Shown: piece after piece, positions 48,275 to 57,096 of the stretch
How positions within the stretch are numbered: the first letter of the stretch is position 1
Layout of the letters: every line of letters starts with the position of its first letter
Source: Actinomycetes bacterium
GTDB taxonomy: Bacteria > Actinomycetota > Acidimicrobiia > Acidimicrobiales > RAAP-2
Reading direction: 5' to 3'
DNA: 58,540 nt
Assembly (NCBI GenBank): GCA_021838005.1
Contig: JAKCEK010000001.1
Coordinates: 1-58,540 of the forward strand
Program-made: the position numbers and the translations under genes
Notes under the pieces: generated by a model
What the model was told of the DNA's origin: nothing
The model's database searches: none
The model's input: only the letters and a program-made list of their open reading frames with translations

Positions 48275-49084
48275 GTGCAGCCCGCGGTCGCTCTGACCAT
48301 CGCCGGCTCGGACTCGGGCGGGGGGGCCGGGGTCCAGGCCGACCTCAAGACCTTCGCCGCCCTCGGGGTCTTCGGTACCTCGGCCCTGACCGCCGTGACG
48401 GCCCAGAACACCCTCGGGGTCGAGGCGGTGGCCGTGCTCACCCCCGACGAGGTCGAGGCCCAGGTGCGCGCGGTCACCGGGGACTTCGCGGTCGCCGCCG
48501 CCAAGACCGGCATGCTGGCCACGCCCGAAGTGGTCGGGCGGGTCGCCACGCTCGCCGAAGTCGGTCTGCTCCCCCAGCTCGTGGTCGATCCCGTGCTCGT
48601 CGCCACGAGTGGCGACCTCCTCATGAAAGACGGCGGGGTCCAGGCCTACCGGGAGCGCCTCGTGCCCCTGGCCACCGTCGTCACCCCCAACCTCGCCGAG
48701 GCGGCCGCCCTCGTCGAGGTCGACCCCCGCGACGTGCGCACCTTGGAGGACCTGGTCGCCCTGGCCCGGCGCGTCAGCGCCCTCGGAGCGGCCGCCACCC
48801 TCGTCAAGGGCGGCCACCTGCGCGAACTCGACCGCTCCCCCGACGTGCTCATCGTCGAGGGCACCGTACGCGTGCTCGACGGCGCCCGGGTCGCCACCGA
48901 GAACGACCACGGCACCGGGTGCACCCTCTCGGCCGCGATCACCGCCGGCCTCGCGCGGGGCCGCTCGATCCCCGAGGCCGTCGCCGAGGCGAAGGCCTAC
49001 GTGGGCGCGGCCCTCGAGGGCGCGGCGACCTGGCGGCTCGGTCGGGGCCGTGGGCCGATCGACCACCTCGGATGGGGACGGTGA
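48275..49084 (+). CDS. thiD: Hydroxymethylpyrimidine/phosphomethylpyrimidine kinase
   Basis: [42 protein letters not shown]. Confidence 0.96.
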   Translation: MQPAVALTIAGSDSGGGAGVQADLKTFAALGVFGTSALTAVTAQNTLGVEAVAVLTPDEVEAQVRAVTGDFAVAAAKTGMLATPEVVGRVATLAEVGLLPQLVVDPVLVATSGDLLMKDGGVQAYRERLVPLATVVTPNLAEAAALVEVDPRDVRTLEDLVALARRVSALGAAATLVKGGHLRELDRSPDVLIVEGTVRVLDGARVATENDHGTGCTLSAAITAGLARGRSIPEAVAEAKAYVGAALEGAATWRLGRGRGPIDHLGWGR

Positions 49085-49650
49085 AGGACTCCCCTCGACC
49101 GCCGCTCACCACGACGACGAGCATCTGGCCCGCCGCGACCATCGCCCTCCTCGGGATCGCGCTGCTCGCCACCTTCCTCATCGTGGACTGGGTGACGGCC
49201 CGACCGGTCGTCTCACCCGGTGGCCCGGCACCCGTGGTGGTTGGCGGCCTCGCGGTCGAGAGGCCGCTGGTTGCTGGTCTCGCCTACTGCGACCAGCCCC
49301 TCGAGGTCCCACGCGACCTCGTCAGCGGCTTCGTCTACCCGGTCGGCACGACGCCCCGTCCCGGCTCGACCACGCCCAACCTCGGAGCCGGCGACTTCGA
49401 CTGCGTGGAGCGCCTCGCCACGGCGCGCGCCACGAGTGGCCAGGTCCTCGGCTTCTACCGGGCCCACCTGCCGGCCCTCGGCTGGACCCTCTTTTCGACG
49501 AGTCCCTCGCCGACCGGCCACCCCCAGTACCTCTTCCAGCGCTCCTCGAGTGACGGCTTCTACTGGGAGATCGGCGTCACCGTCCTCTCCACCCCGGCGC
49601 GCCGGGTGGAGTGGAGTTTCACCCTCTTCCAGAACTCCCAGACGGTCTAG
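49081..49650 (+). CDS. Membrane-anchored hypothetical protein
   Basis: GTGA overlap with thiD; N-terminal TM segment IWPAATIALLGIALLATFLIV; natural-looking C-terminal domain. Confidence 0.65.
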   Translation: MKDSPRPPLTTTTSIWPAATIALLGIALLATFLIVDWVTARPVVSPGGPAPVVVGGLAVERPLVAGLAYCDQPLEVPRDLVSGFVYPVGTTPRPGSTTPNLGAGDFDCVERLATARATSGQVLGFYRAHLPALGWTLFSTSPSPTGHPQYLFQRSSSDGFYWEIGVTVLSTPARRVEWSFTLFQNSQTV

Positions 49651-50915
49651 ACGGCGACCGCGACGAGCTCGGGCTCTTCGATCGACGCGCGCCGGGTGAT
49701 CGTCGACCACAGGGCGAGGTTCAGCGGGTAGATCACGTAGCCGATTCGGGTCGCCGAGGCCACGCAGATCACGACGGCGAAGGCCACCGCGAGCACCGCG
49801 AGGAGCTGGCTGAGGGTGAGCGGGTGGTGACGGCGCAGGTAGCGGGCGAAGAACGCCCCGCCCACTACGAAGGTCACCGGGGCCAGCACGTGGCCGAGCA
49901 CCGGCTCCCAGGTCGTGAGGACGTGACCGGGCAGGGCGCTCGCGGCGGGCGAGGTCACCCCGGCGAGACCGAGCGGGAAGGCGAAGACGTTCGACATGAA
50001 GGCGACCGGGTCGCGCAGCGCGAAGGGCAGCGTCGTGGCGAGCACGATCACGCCCACCCACGCGAGGACCCGCGGCCAGCTCGCGCGACCCCCTCGGTCG
50101 CGCGCGACGAGCAGGGCGCCCGCGGCGAGCGGCCACGCCGTGAGCTTCATCGCCGCCGCGAGGCCGAGGGCGAGACCCGTCAGGTTGGCCTGGCGGCGCT
50201 GCAGCGCGGCGACCGCGAGCAGGCTAAGCGCGAGGATCGGCATGTCGTCCCCGCCGGTCGAGAGGAAGAGCGCCCCGGTCGGCAGGGCGATGAGCACCTG
50301 GGCGACGCGCAGCTTCTGGTCAGCGCGCGCGCGCAGCAGCGCCAGCGCCGCGGCGCTCGTCACGAGGGTCATCAGCGTCATGATGATGCGCGCGTCGGTC
50401 AGCCCGTCGGCCTCGTGGGTCGTCGCCGAGGGCAGCCCGAAGACGCCCATGAGCGGGAAGTACGGGAAGAACGACTCGAAGGCCGGCAGACCCTTAATCT
50501 CGCCGACCACCTTGCCGTTGTGGTCGTAGGCGCGATACGGCGTATGGTCCTTCGAGAGCGCCTGACCGGCCCGGGTGATCACCCCGACCTCGGGCTGGGC
50601 GTGGTGCCAGTGGGCCTCGAGCCCGAGGGGCACCGCGACCACGCCGATCCCCACCGCCACGAGCAGCACGACCCGGGCCAGGTGGACCCGTCGGCGCACC
50701 CGTCGCGAGAGGAGCAGGGCCACGATCCCGACGAGCGCGTAGGGGCCGATGGCCAGGTAGCCCCACTGCCACTGGGCGCCCTGGGTCGAGAAGACCCCGA
50801 GCAGGGTCGCGAAGACGGCCGAGGCCAGGTAGAGCACGCCGTCACCCGCGAGCCCCCCGAGGCGGGCCCACCGGGAGGCGGCGGCGTCGCGAAGCCTCAC
50901 CAGGCGAGCCACCAC
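49647..50915 (-). CDS. GT-C fold membrane glycosyltransferase (GT87/DUF2029-like)
   Basis: Many TM segments, FPYFP, GGDDMP, AAAMKLTAWP; TACACT -10 element 6 nt before GTG 50915. Confidence 0.7.
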   Translation of the reverse strand: MVARLVRLRDAAASRWARLGGLAGDGVLYLASAVFATLLGVFSTQGAQWQWGYLAIGPYALVGIVALLLSRRVRRRVHLARVVLLVAVGIGVVAVPLGLEAHWHHAQPEVGVITRAGQALSKDHTPYRAYDHNGKVVGEIKGLPAFESFFPYFPLMGVFGLPSATTHEADGLTDARIIMTLMTLVTSAAALALLRARADQKLRVAQVLIALPTGALFLSTGGDDMPILALSLLAVAALQRRQANLTGLALGLAAAMKLTAWPLAAGALLVARDRGGRASWPRVLAWVGVIVLATTLPFALRDPVAFMSNVFAFPLGLAGVTSPAASALPGHVLTTWEPVLGHVLAPVTFVVGGAFFARYLRRHHPLTLSQLLAVLAVAFAVVICVASATRIGYVIYPLNLALWSTITRRASIEEPELVAVAV

Positions 50916-50977
50916 CGCCCAAGTGTACCGACCAACCCCGCCGCTCACCCGGTTCCTCGCACCTAGGCTCGGGGCCC

Positions 50978-51958
50978 GTGCGAGCCCTGGTCATTACCGA
51001 GTCCGACGACGACGTGACGCTGCGCGTCGAGGAGGTCGCCCCCCACGGCTTCGACGAGGACGACGCGCACGTGCTCGTCGAGTACTCCGGGGTGAACTAC
51101 AAAGACGCGATGGTCGCCGAGGCGCGAAGCCGCGTGCGACGCACGCCGCGCGTCGTCGGCGGGGTGGACGCGGCGGGCACCCTGGCCGAGCCCTTCGGGG
51201 ACCTCGCCGCCGGAACGGCCGTCGCCGTGCACGGCGGAGCGCTCGGGGTCGAGCGTGACGGCGGCTTCGCCACCGAGGTGCGCGCGCCCGCCCGCTGGAT
51301 CTCGCCCCTGCCCGAGGGGCTGACCCCCCGAGCCGCGATGATCGTCGGCACGGCCGGCTGGACCGCGATGGCGAGCGTCCTCGCCCTCGAGCACCTCGGC
51401 CTCGCCCCGAACGCCGAGGTCGTGGTCACCGGGGCGACCGGCGGGGTCGGCTCGCAGGCGGTCTTCTACCTCGCGCGTCGGGGCTACCGTCCCGTCGCCT
51501 CGACGGGCACGCCCGGCGCGGCCGAGTGGCTCCACGGGCTCGGCGCGGCCGCGGTGATCGGACGCGAGGACCTGAGCGACCGGCCCGGCCGGGTCCTGGG
51601 GAGCGAACGCTGGGACGGGGCGATCGACTGCGTGGGCGGGCCGACCCTGGCCCAGGTCCTGCGGGCCCTGCGCCACGGCGCGGCCGTCGCGGCGAGCGGG
51701 CTCGTGGCGAGCGCCGAACTCGCCACGACCGTCTACCCCTTTATCACCCGCGCGGTGAGCCTCCTCGGCGTCGACGCGGTCGAGGCGCCCACGCTCCAGC
51801 GCGCGCGGGTCTGGCGCGAGGTCGCGCGCACGGCGCGCGAGGCCGACCTCGAGGCCTTCGTCGACCGCGAGGTCGGCCTGGCCGGCCTGGCCCCGGCGTT
51901 CGAGGACCTGCGCCACGGCCGCACGCGCGGCCGGATCCTGGTCGACCCTCGCCGCTAG
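50978..51958 (+). CDS. Acryloyl-CoA reductase AcuI/YhdH family oxidoreductase
   Basis: YSGVNYKD, GVDAAG, GTAGWTA, VTGATGGVGS, DCVGG, TVYPFITRAV. Confidence 0.88.
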   Translation: MRALVITESDDDVTLRVEEVAPHGFDEDDAHVLVEYSGVNYKDAMVAEARSRVRRTPRVVGGVDAAGTLAEPFGDLAAGTAVAVHGGALGVERDGGFATEVRAPARWISPLPEGLTPRAAMIVGTAGWTAMASVLALEHLGLAPNAEVVVTGATGGVGSQAVFYLARRGYRPVASTGTPGAAEWLHGLGAAAVIGREDLSDRPGRVLGSERWDGAIDCVGGPTLAQVLRALRHGAAVAASGLVASAELATTVYPFITRAVSLLGVDAVEAPTLQRARVWREVARTAREADLEAFVDREVGLAGLAPAFEDLRHGRTRGRILVDPRR

Positions 51959-52569
51959 GCCCCGGCGCCGGCGAAGAACGGTGACACCGTGAGGGTGCCG
52001 TTGCACGCCTGGACGGGTGGGGCGGCCGTCACCGCCACTTCGGCCGCGCCGCCGGGGAGCTGCACGCTCACGGTGACGGCGTTGGGACAGCTCGAGCCCA
52101 CCGAGACGTCGGAGTAGATCAGGTCGAAGGTCGCCGACTGGTTGTTCCCGAGGGTCAGGGAGCGCGGGGGCTGGTTGGCCTGGGGCGGGGAGAGGAACGC
52201 GCCCGAGGTCGTGGCGTTCGGCGCGTCGGTCGCCGTCGACGCGATGAGCCCGCCCTGGCCGTCGAGCAGCGTGAGGCGCGGCCACCCCTTCAACGTGCAG
52301 AGCCCCGGGGTGGCCTTGGTGAGCGTGACGCTGGCGTAGACGTCGCCGCCCGCGCCCTGGCCCTGGTTGAAGCGCCCGGTGAAGTCCGCGGCCGCGCACG
52401 CCACCGGCCCCGGCGCGGTCGTCGTCGTCACCGCCGGCACGCTCGTCGTCGTGCTCGGTGACGACGTCGTGGTCGTCGAATTCGAGTGGGCGTCGATCGC
52501 GTGACGGCTGATCGTGTAGATGACGACAAAGGCGAAGAAGAGGGCGAGTCCCTTGAGTGCCCGGCTCAC
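51955..52569 (-). CDS. DUF4232-like exported protein
   Basis: N-terminal TM segment, Thr-rich linker, CAAADF...CTLKGWP...TVSPF. Confidence 0.7.
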   Translation of the reverse strand: MSRALKGLALFFAFVVIYTISRHAIDAHSNSTTTTSSPSTTTSVPAVTTTTAPGPVACAAADFTGRFNQGQGAGGDVYASVTLTKATPGLCTLKGWPRLTLLDGQGGLIASTATDAPNATTSGAFLSPPQANQPPRSLTLGNNQSATFDLIYSDVSVGSSCPNAVTVSVQLPGGAAEVAVTAAPPVQACNGTLTVSPFFAGAGA

Positions 52570-53081
52570 TTACCGAAGTCCTCGGGGTCCACCCGGTCGA
52601 GGAACGCGCGCAACTCGGCCACCAGGTCGGCCTCGTCGGCGACGTCGAGGATTGGGGCCTCCTCGTCCTCCTCATCGGAGAGGTCCATGACGCGCCCCTC
52701 ACTCGCCATCAGGGCGTCGCTGACGAGGATCGGGGCCCCCACCCGCAGCGCGAGCGCGACGGCGTCGCTCGGGCGGGCGCTCACCACGACCTCCTCGCTT
52801 CCGCGCAGCATCCGCAGGTTCGCGTAGAACGTCCCGGCGACGAGCTCGGTGATCTCCACCGAGAACAGACGCGCGCCGAGCGCGGTGATGACGTGACCCA
52901 TGAGGTCGTGGCTCATCGGGCGTGGCGCCTCCACCCCCTGGAGGGCGTAGGCGATGGCCGCCGCCTCGGGGGTGCCCACGAAGATCGGCAGCACGCGGTC
53001 GCCGGCGACCTCCTCGAGGAGCAAGAGGGGCGTGGCCGAGCCGACGTCGACGCGCACCGCCCTCAGCACGACCTCGATCAC
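52566..53081 (-). CDS. Bifunctional nuclease family protein (DUF151, Rv1829-like)
   Basis: LPIFVGTPEAAAI, PRPMSHDL, ARPSDAVALA, FLDRVDPEDF. Confidence 0.92.
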   Translation of the reverse strand: MIEVVLRAVRVDVGSATPLLLLEEVAGDRVLPIFVGTPEAAAIAYALQGVEAPRPMSHDLMGHVITALGARLFSVEITELVAGTFYANLRMLRGSEEVVVSARPSDAVALALRVGAPILVSDALMASEGRVMDLSDEEDEEAPILDVADEADLVAELRAFLDRVDPEDFGK

Positions 53082-53090
53082 GGGTCCAGC

Positions 53091-53897
53091 CTAGGTCGCG
53101 TATGGACCGAGGGCGCGGGCGGCGACCTCGCGCTCGAGCTCGCGCGCCACCAGTTCGGCACGCAGCGCCGCGACCTGGCCGGCCACCTCGACGAGCCGCT
53201 CGCCGGGGGCCTCCGGGTGGGCCCACGGGGGCCCAGCGATCTCGGCGACCACGCCGACCTCGCGCTCGGCCACCCGTCCGAGGGCGCGCACCTGGCGCGG
53301 GTCGGCCCCGCGCGCGAGCAGGTCGCGCACCACGCGCACCACGCGCACGTCGCGGTCGTCGTAGCGGGCCTGTCCGTCGACGACCGTCGGGGTGAGCACC
53401 CCGAGGGCCAGCACCTGGTTGAGCTCGTCGGGCGTGAGCCCGCTCTCGACGAGCAGCTCGGCGACCGAGCGAGAATCGATCGCGACGACGTCCGCGTCCC
53501 CGCCCTCGGAGCCGTCCTCGGTCTCGGGCTCGACCGGTCGCACCACCGTTAGAGAGCGCGGGGGGCCCGGGGCCGGGGCGACGACCACCGGGGCCAGCGC
53601 CTCGCGCGCCGCGACCCGGGTGGTGGCGACGGGACCGTCGGCGAGGAGACCCTGCTCGATGAGGCGAAGGCGCACCACCCGCAACGGCACGAACTCCTCC
53701 TGGGCGAGCCGGATGGCCTCGCGCAGGCAGGCCACGTCGCGCTCCGAGTAAAGCCGGTAGCCCTTGCGGCTGCGGCTCGGGCACACGAGGCCCTTGTCTT
53801 CGTAGTAGCGGATCTTGGAGAGTTCCAAGTCGGGAAAGTCGCGCCGCAGGCGCGCGTGAACCTCCCCGATGCGCATCGTTCCCTGCTCGAGGGTCAT
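53091..53897 (-). CDS. MerR family regulator (Rv1828/FtsR-like)
   Basis: MRIGEV...FPDLELSKIRYYEDKGLV...GYRLY, with a second HTH-like segment. Confidence 0.88.
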   Translation of the reverse strand: MTLEQGTMRIGEVHARLRRDFPDLELSKIRYYEDKGLVCPSRSRKGYRLYSERDVACLREAIRLAQEEFVPLRVVRLRLIEQGLLADGPVATTRVAAREALAPVVVAPAPGPPRSLTVVRPVEPETEDGSEGGDADVVAIDSRSVAELLVESGLTPDELNQVLALGVLTPTVVDGQARYDDRDVRVVRVVRDLLARGADPRQVRALGRVAEREVGVVAEIAGPPWAHPEAPGERLVEVAGQVAALRAELVARELEREVAARALGPYAT

Positions 53898-54358
53898 GAG
53901 TTTGCCTCCCAGAACACGAGCTTGAACTTCCCGATCTGGATCTCGTCGGCCGAGTGGAGCGTGGTCTCTTCCACGCGGCGGCCGTTGACGTAGGTGCCGT
54001 TGAGCGAGTTGAGGTCACGCAGGGTGATCCGCCCGCTCGCGGTTCGCGTGAAGACGGCGTGGTGGCGCGAGACCGAGACGTCGTCGAGCAGAATCTCGCT
54101 CGACTCGTGGCGCCCGACGGCGGAGACGTCGCCCCCGAGCTCGATGCGCTCGCCCGCCTCGGGCCCGGCCGCGATCACGAGCTCGTCGCCGTGCTCCCCA
54201 CCGGGTCCGCGCCACGCTTCGGGGTGCAGGGTGTCGGGCGCGTGCACCACGGGCACGGCCACCGTCTCGGGTGAGGAGGTCGAATGCTGGGGCGCGCCGC
54301 AGGCCCAACAGAAGTTGGCGTTGGCGTTGAGGATCTCGCCACAGCGACGGCAGTTCAC
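53894..54358 (-). CDS. Zinc-ribbon + FHA domain protein (GarA/OdhI-like)
   Basis: CRRCG...FCWACG; GRHESSEILLDDVSVSRHHA, SLNGTYVN, QIGKFKL; follows gcvH. Confidence 0.88.
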   Translation of the reverse strand: MNCRRCGEILNANANFCWACGAPQHSTSSPETVAVPVVHAPDTLHPEAWRGPGGEHGDELVIAAGPEAGERIELGGDVSAVGRHESSEILLDDVSVSRHHAVFTRTASGRITLRDLNSLNGTYVNGRRVEETTLHSADEIQIGKFKLVFWEANS

Positions 54359-54412
54359 GGCGCCCAGACTAGTTAACCCCCGCCCGGCTCGCCGGGGCCG
54401 AGGGCCGTCCGC

Positions 54413-54793
54413 TCAGTGGCCGGTCAGCGCCCCGTAGCCGGCCGCGTCGAGCAGCCCGTCGAACTCCGCACTCGAGGCGACCTCGATCTCGCAGAGCCAG
54501 CCCTCACCGTAGGGGTCGGCGTTGACGAGCTCGGGCGACTGGCGTAGCGCCTCGTTCACGGCGCGCACCGTCCCACTCACCGGGGCGTAGACCTCCGAGA
54601 CCGATTTGGTCGACTCGACCTCGCCGAGCGTGCCACCCACGCCCACCGCGTCACCGACCTCGGGCAGGTCGACGAAGACCACGTCGCCCAGGGCGTCCTG
54701 GGCGTAGTCGGTGATGCCCACGCGCACGACGGCACCCTCCTTCCTCGCCCACTCGTGGTCGTTCGAGTAACGGAGGTCGCTCGGGATCTGCAC
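54413..54793 (-). CDS. gcvH: Glycine cleavage system H protein
   Basis: HEW, GITDYAQDALGDVV, lipoyl motif VESTKSVSE, DPYGEGW. Confidence 0.97.
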   Translation of the reverse strand: MQIPSDLRYSNDHEWARKEGAVVRVGITDYAQDALGDVVFVDLPEVGDAVGVGGTLGEVESTKSVSEVYAPVSGTVRAVNEALRQSPELVNADPYGEGWLCEIEVASSAEFDGLLDAAGYGALTGH

Positions 54794-54802
54794 GGCGCCA
54801 AC

Positions 54803-55423
54803 TTACACAACCCGGCTGGCGCGAGCGGCCCGACCCTCGGCGAGGGCTCGTCGGGCCGGGCCGACGTAGCCGGCCGCGACCACCCAGGCCAACGCCAGGC
54901 CGACTCCCCCGACGACGTAGCCGGCGACCCGCCCGTCGCGCTGCCAGCCGGCCAGGGCGACGTGGTGGGGGTTGGAGCACAGCAAGAAGAGTGGAAAGGT
55001 TGTCATCAGGGCAAACGTGGACACCTTGCCCCACCACAGGACGTCGATGCGCCGGGCGCCCCGCGCGGCGATCACCAGGGTCACGCCCGAGACGATCACC
55101 TCGCGCGCGAGGGTCACTCCGGCGAACCACCACGGCACCGCGCCCACCACGGCGACCGACACCAGGCCCGAGACCACGAGGATCCGGTCGGCCGTGGGGT
55201 CGAGGACCTTGCCGAGAGCCGAGACCTGGTGGAGACGCCGGGCGAGGTACCCGTCGACCCAGTCGCTCGCTCCGAGCACGCCGAGCAGCCACGCCGCGAT
55301 CGCGCGGTGGTTGGTGGCGAGCACCAGGTAGAGGTACACCGGAATCGCGAACAGGCGCACCGCCGTGACGGCGTTGGGCCAGGTGGCCCAGCCCCGCTCG
55401 CTTCCCTCGTCGGCCGGCGTCAC
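54803..55423 (-). CDS. CDP-alcohol phosphatidyltransferase (PgsA2-like)
   Basis: PNAVTAVR, SDWVDGYLARR, GKVLDPTADR. Confidence 0.92.
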   Translation of the reverse strand: MTPADEGSERGWATWPNAVTAVRLFAIPVYLYLVLATNHRAIAAWLLGVLGASDWVDGYLARRLHQVSALGKVLDPTADRILVVSGLVSVAVVGAVPWWFAGVTLAREVIVSGVTLVIAARGARRIDVLWWGKVSTFALMTTFPLFLLCSNPHHVALAGWQRDGRVAGYVVGGVGLALAWVVAAGYVGPARRALAEGRAARASRVV

Positions 55424-56473
55424 CTAGGCGACGGTGACCGACCCGTCCAGGTAGACGTCCTGGACGGTGCGGATGAGCTCGGCGCCTTCGGCGAGCGGCC
55501 GCTGGAAGGCCTTGCGTCCGACGATCAATCCCTGGCCCCCCGCGCGCTTGTTGATCACCGCGGTGCGCACGGCGTCGACGAGGTCGTCGACGCCCTTGGA
55601 CTCCCCACCGGAGTTGATCAGCCCGACGCGTCCGGCGTAGCAGTTGACCACCTGCCAGCGCGTGAGGTCGACCGGGTGGTCGGTCGTGAGCTCGCTGTAG
55701 ACGCGCGGGTCGGTCTTGCCGAACTTGAGCACGTTGTAGCCGCCGTTCACGGTGGGCTGCTTCTGCTTGATGACGTCGGCCTCGATCGTCACGCCCACGT
55801 GGTTGGCCTGGCCGGTGAGGTCCGCGGCCACCGCGTAGTCGACGCCGTCGTGCTTGAAGGCGTCGTTGCGCAGGTAGCACCACAACACCGTGAACAGCCC
55901 CGCACGATGGGCCTCGGCGAAGGCCGCCGACACCTCTTCGATCTGCCGGGCCGACTCGGACGAGCCGAAATACACCGTCGCGCCCACCCCCACCGCTCCG
56001 AGGTCCACGGCCTGGCCCACCGAGGCGAAGGGGCGCTGGTCGTAGGTGTTGGGGTAGCGCAGCAGGTCGTTGTGGTTGAGCTTGACGATGAAGGGGATCT
56101 TGTGCGCGTACCGGCGCGCGACGATCCCGAGGCCCCCGAGCGTCGTGGCGATGGCGTTGCACCCCGCCTCGATCGCCAGGTCGCACAGCCGCGCGGGGTC
56201 GAAGTACTCGGGGTTGGGCGAGAAGCTCGCGGCGGCCGAGTGCTCGATACCCTGGTCGACCGGGAGGATCGACACGTAGCCGGTGCCGGCGAGGCGGCCC
56301 TGGTTGTAGAGAGTCCCCAGGTTGCGCAGCACGGCGGGGCTCCGGTCGCTCGCGAGGAAGACCCGGTCGAGGAAGTCCGGACCCGGCAGGGTCAGGCGGT
56401 CCTTGGGAAAGGCCCTCGCCGTGTGGCCGAGGAGACCCTCGGCGTCGTCCCCGAGCAGTGACGCGATGTCCAT
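55424..56473 (-). CDS. fbaB: Class I fructose-bisphosphate aldolase
   Basis: [43 protein letters not shown]. Confidence 0.95.
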   Translation of the reverse strand: MDIASLLGDDAEGLLGHTARAFPKDRLTLPGPDFLDRVFLASDRSPAVLRNLGTLYNQGRLAGTGYVSILPVDQGIEHSAAASFSPNPEYFDPARLCDLAIEAGCNAIATTLGGLGIVARRYAHKIPFIVKLNHNDLLRYPNTYDQRPFASVGQAVDLGAVGVGATVYFGSSESARQIEEVSAAFAEAHRAGLFTVLWCYLRNDAFKHDGVDYAVAADLTGQANHVGVTIEADVIKQKQPTVNGGYNVLKFGKTDPRVYSELTTDHPVDLTRWQVVNCYAGRVGLINSGGESKGVDDLVDAVRTAVINKRAGGQGLIVGRKAFQRPLAEGAELIRTVQDVYLDGSVTVA

Positions 56474-56529
56474 GGCACGAGACTACCGCCGGCTCGAATC
56501 GCCGTCGGGGGCTTCGGTACGCTGGCGCG

Positions 56530-57096
56530 ATGGACGACGCGTACCGCGACTCCCTCTCGCGGCGCCTGAGCGCCGTGCACCATCTCTACCGCGAGGCCTG
56601 CGCCACCATGAACCTTGCGCAGGTGAACGCCGTGACGGCGCCGACCACCCTGCCCATCGCCTTCTCCCTCGTCCACCAGCTCCTCATCGAGGACGCGAGC
56701 CGGGCCCTGTGCGGCGGCCCGGCGCCCCTGTGCGAACCGACCGCCCTCGAGCCCCTCGGGCTGGAGATCCCCGACCACGGCAAGGAGCGCCCGGTCGCCG
56801 AGATGATCGCCCAACGCATCGGCGACTACGACGCCTTCCGCACCCTCCAAGCGAGGGTGTTCGCCGCCACCGAGGCCTACGTGGCGACCGTCGCGTCCGC
56901 GGCGTTCGACGAGGTCCTCGTCGCCGCCCCCTACCCCGAGCGCCTCGCTCACACCTTCTCCGCCCTGGTGGGCGCCGAGCGGGGCATCACCCGCTCCGAC
57001 GCACTCGAGTGCTGGGTCTACCAGCACGCCCTGCGCCACCTCGGCGAGATCGAACACGCCCGCTCCCTCGTGGGGCTCGAGGGAATGACGAGCTAG
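56530..57096 (+). CDS. DinB/YfiT superfamily protein
   Basis: IAFSLVH...YQHALRHLGEI three-His metal motif; TACGCT -10 element 6 nt before the ATG. Confidence 0.7.
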   Translation: MDDAYRDSLSRRLSAVHHLYREACATMNLAQVNAVTAPTTLPIAFSLVHQLLIEDASRALCGGPAPLCEPTALEPLGLEIPDHGKERPVAEMIAQRIGDYDAFRTLQARVFAATEAYVATVASAAFDEVLVAAPYPERLAHTFSALVGAERGITRSDALECWVYQHALRHLGEIEHARSLVGLEGMTS

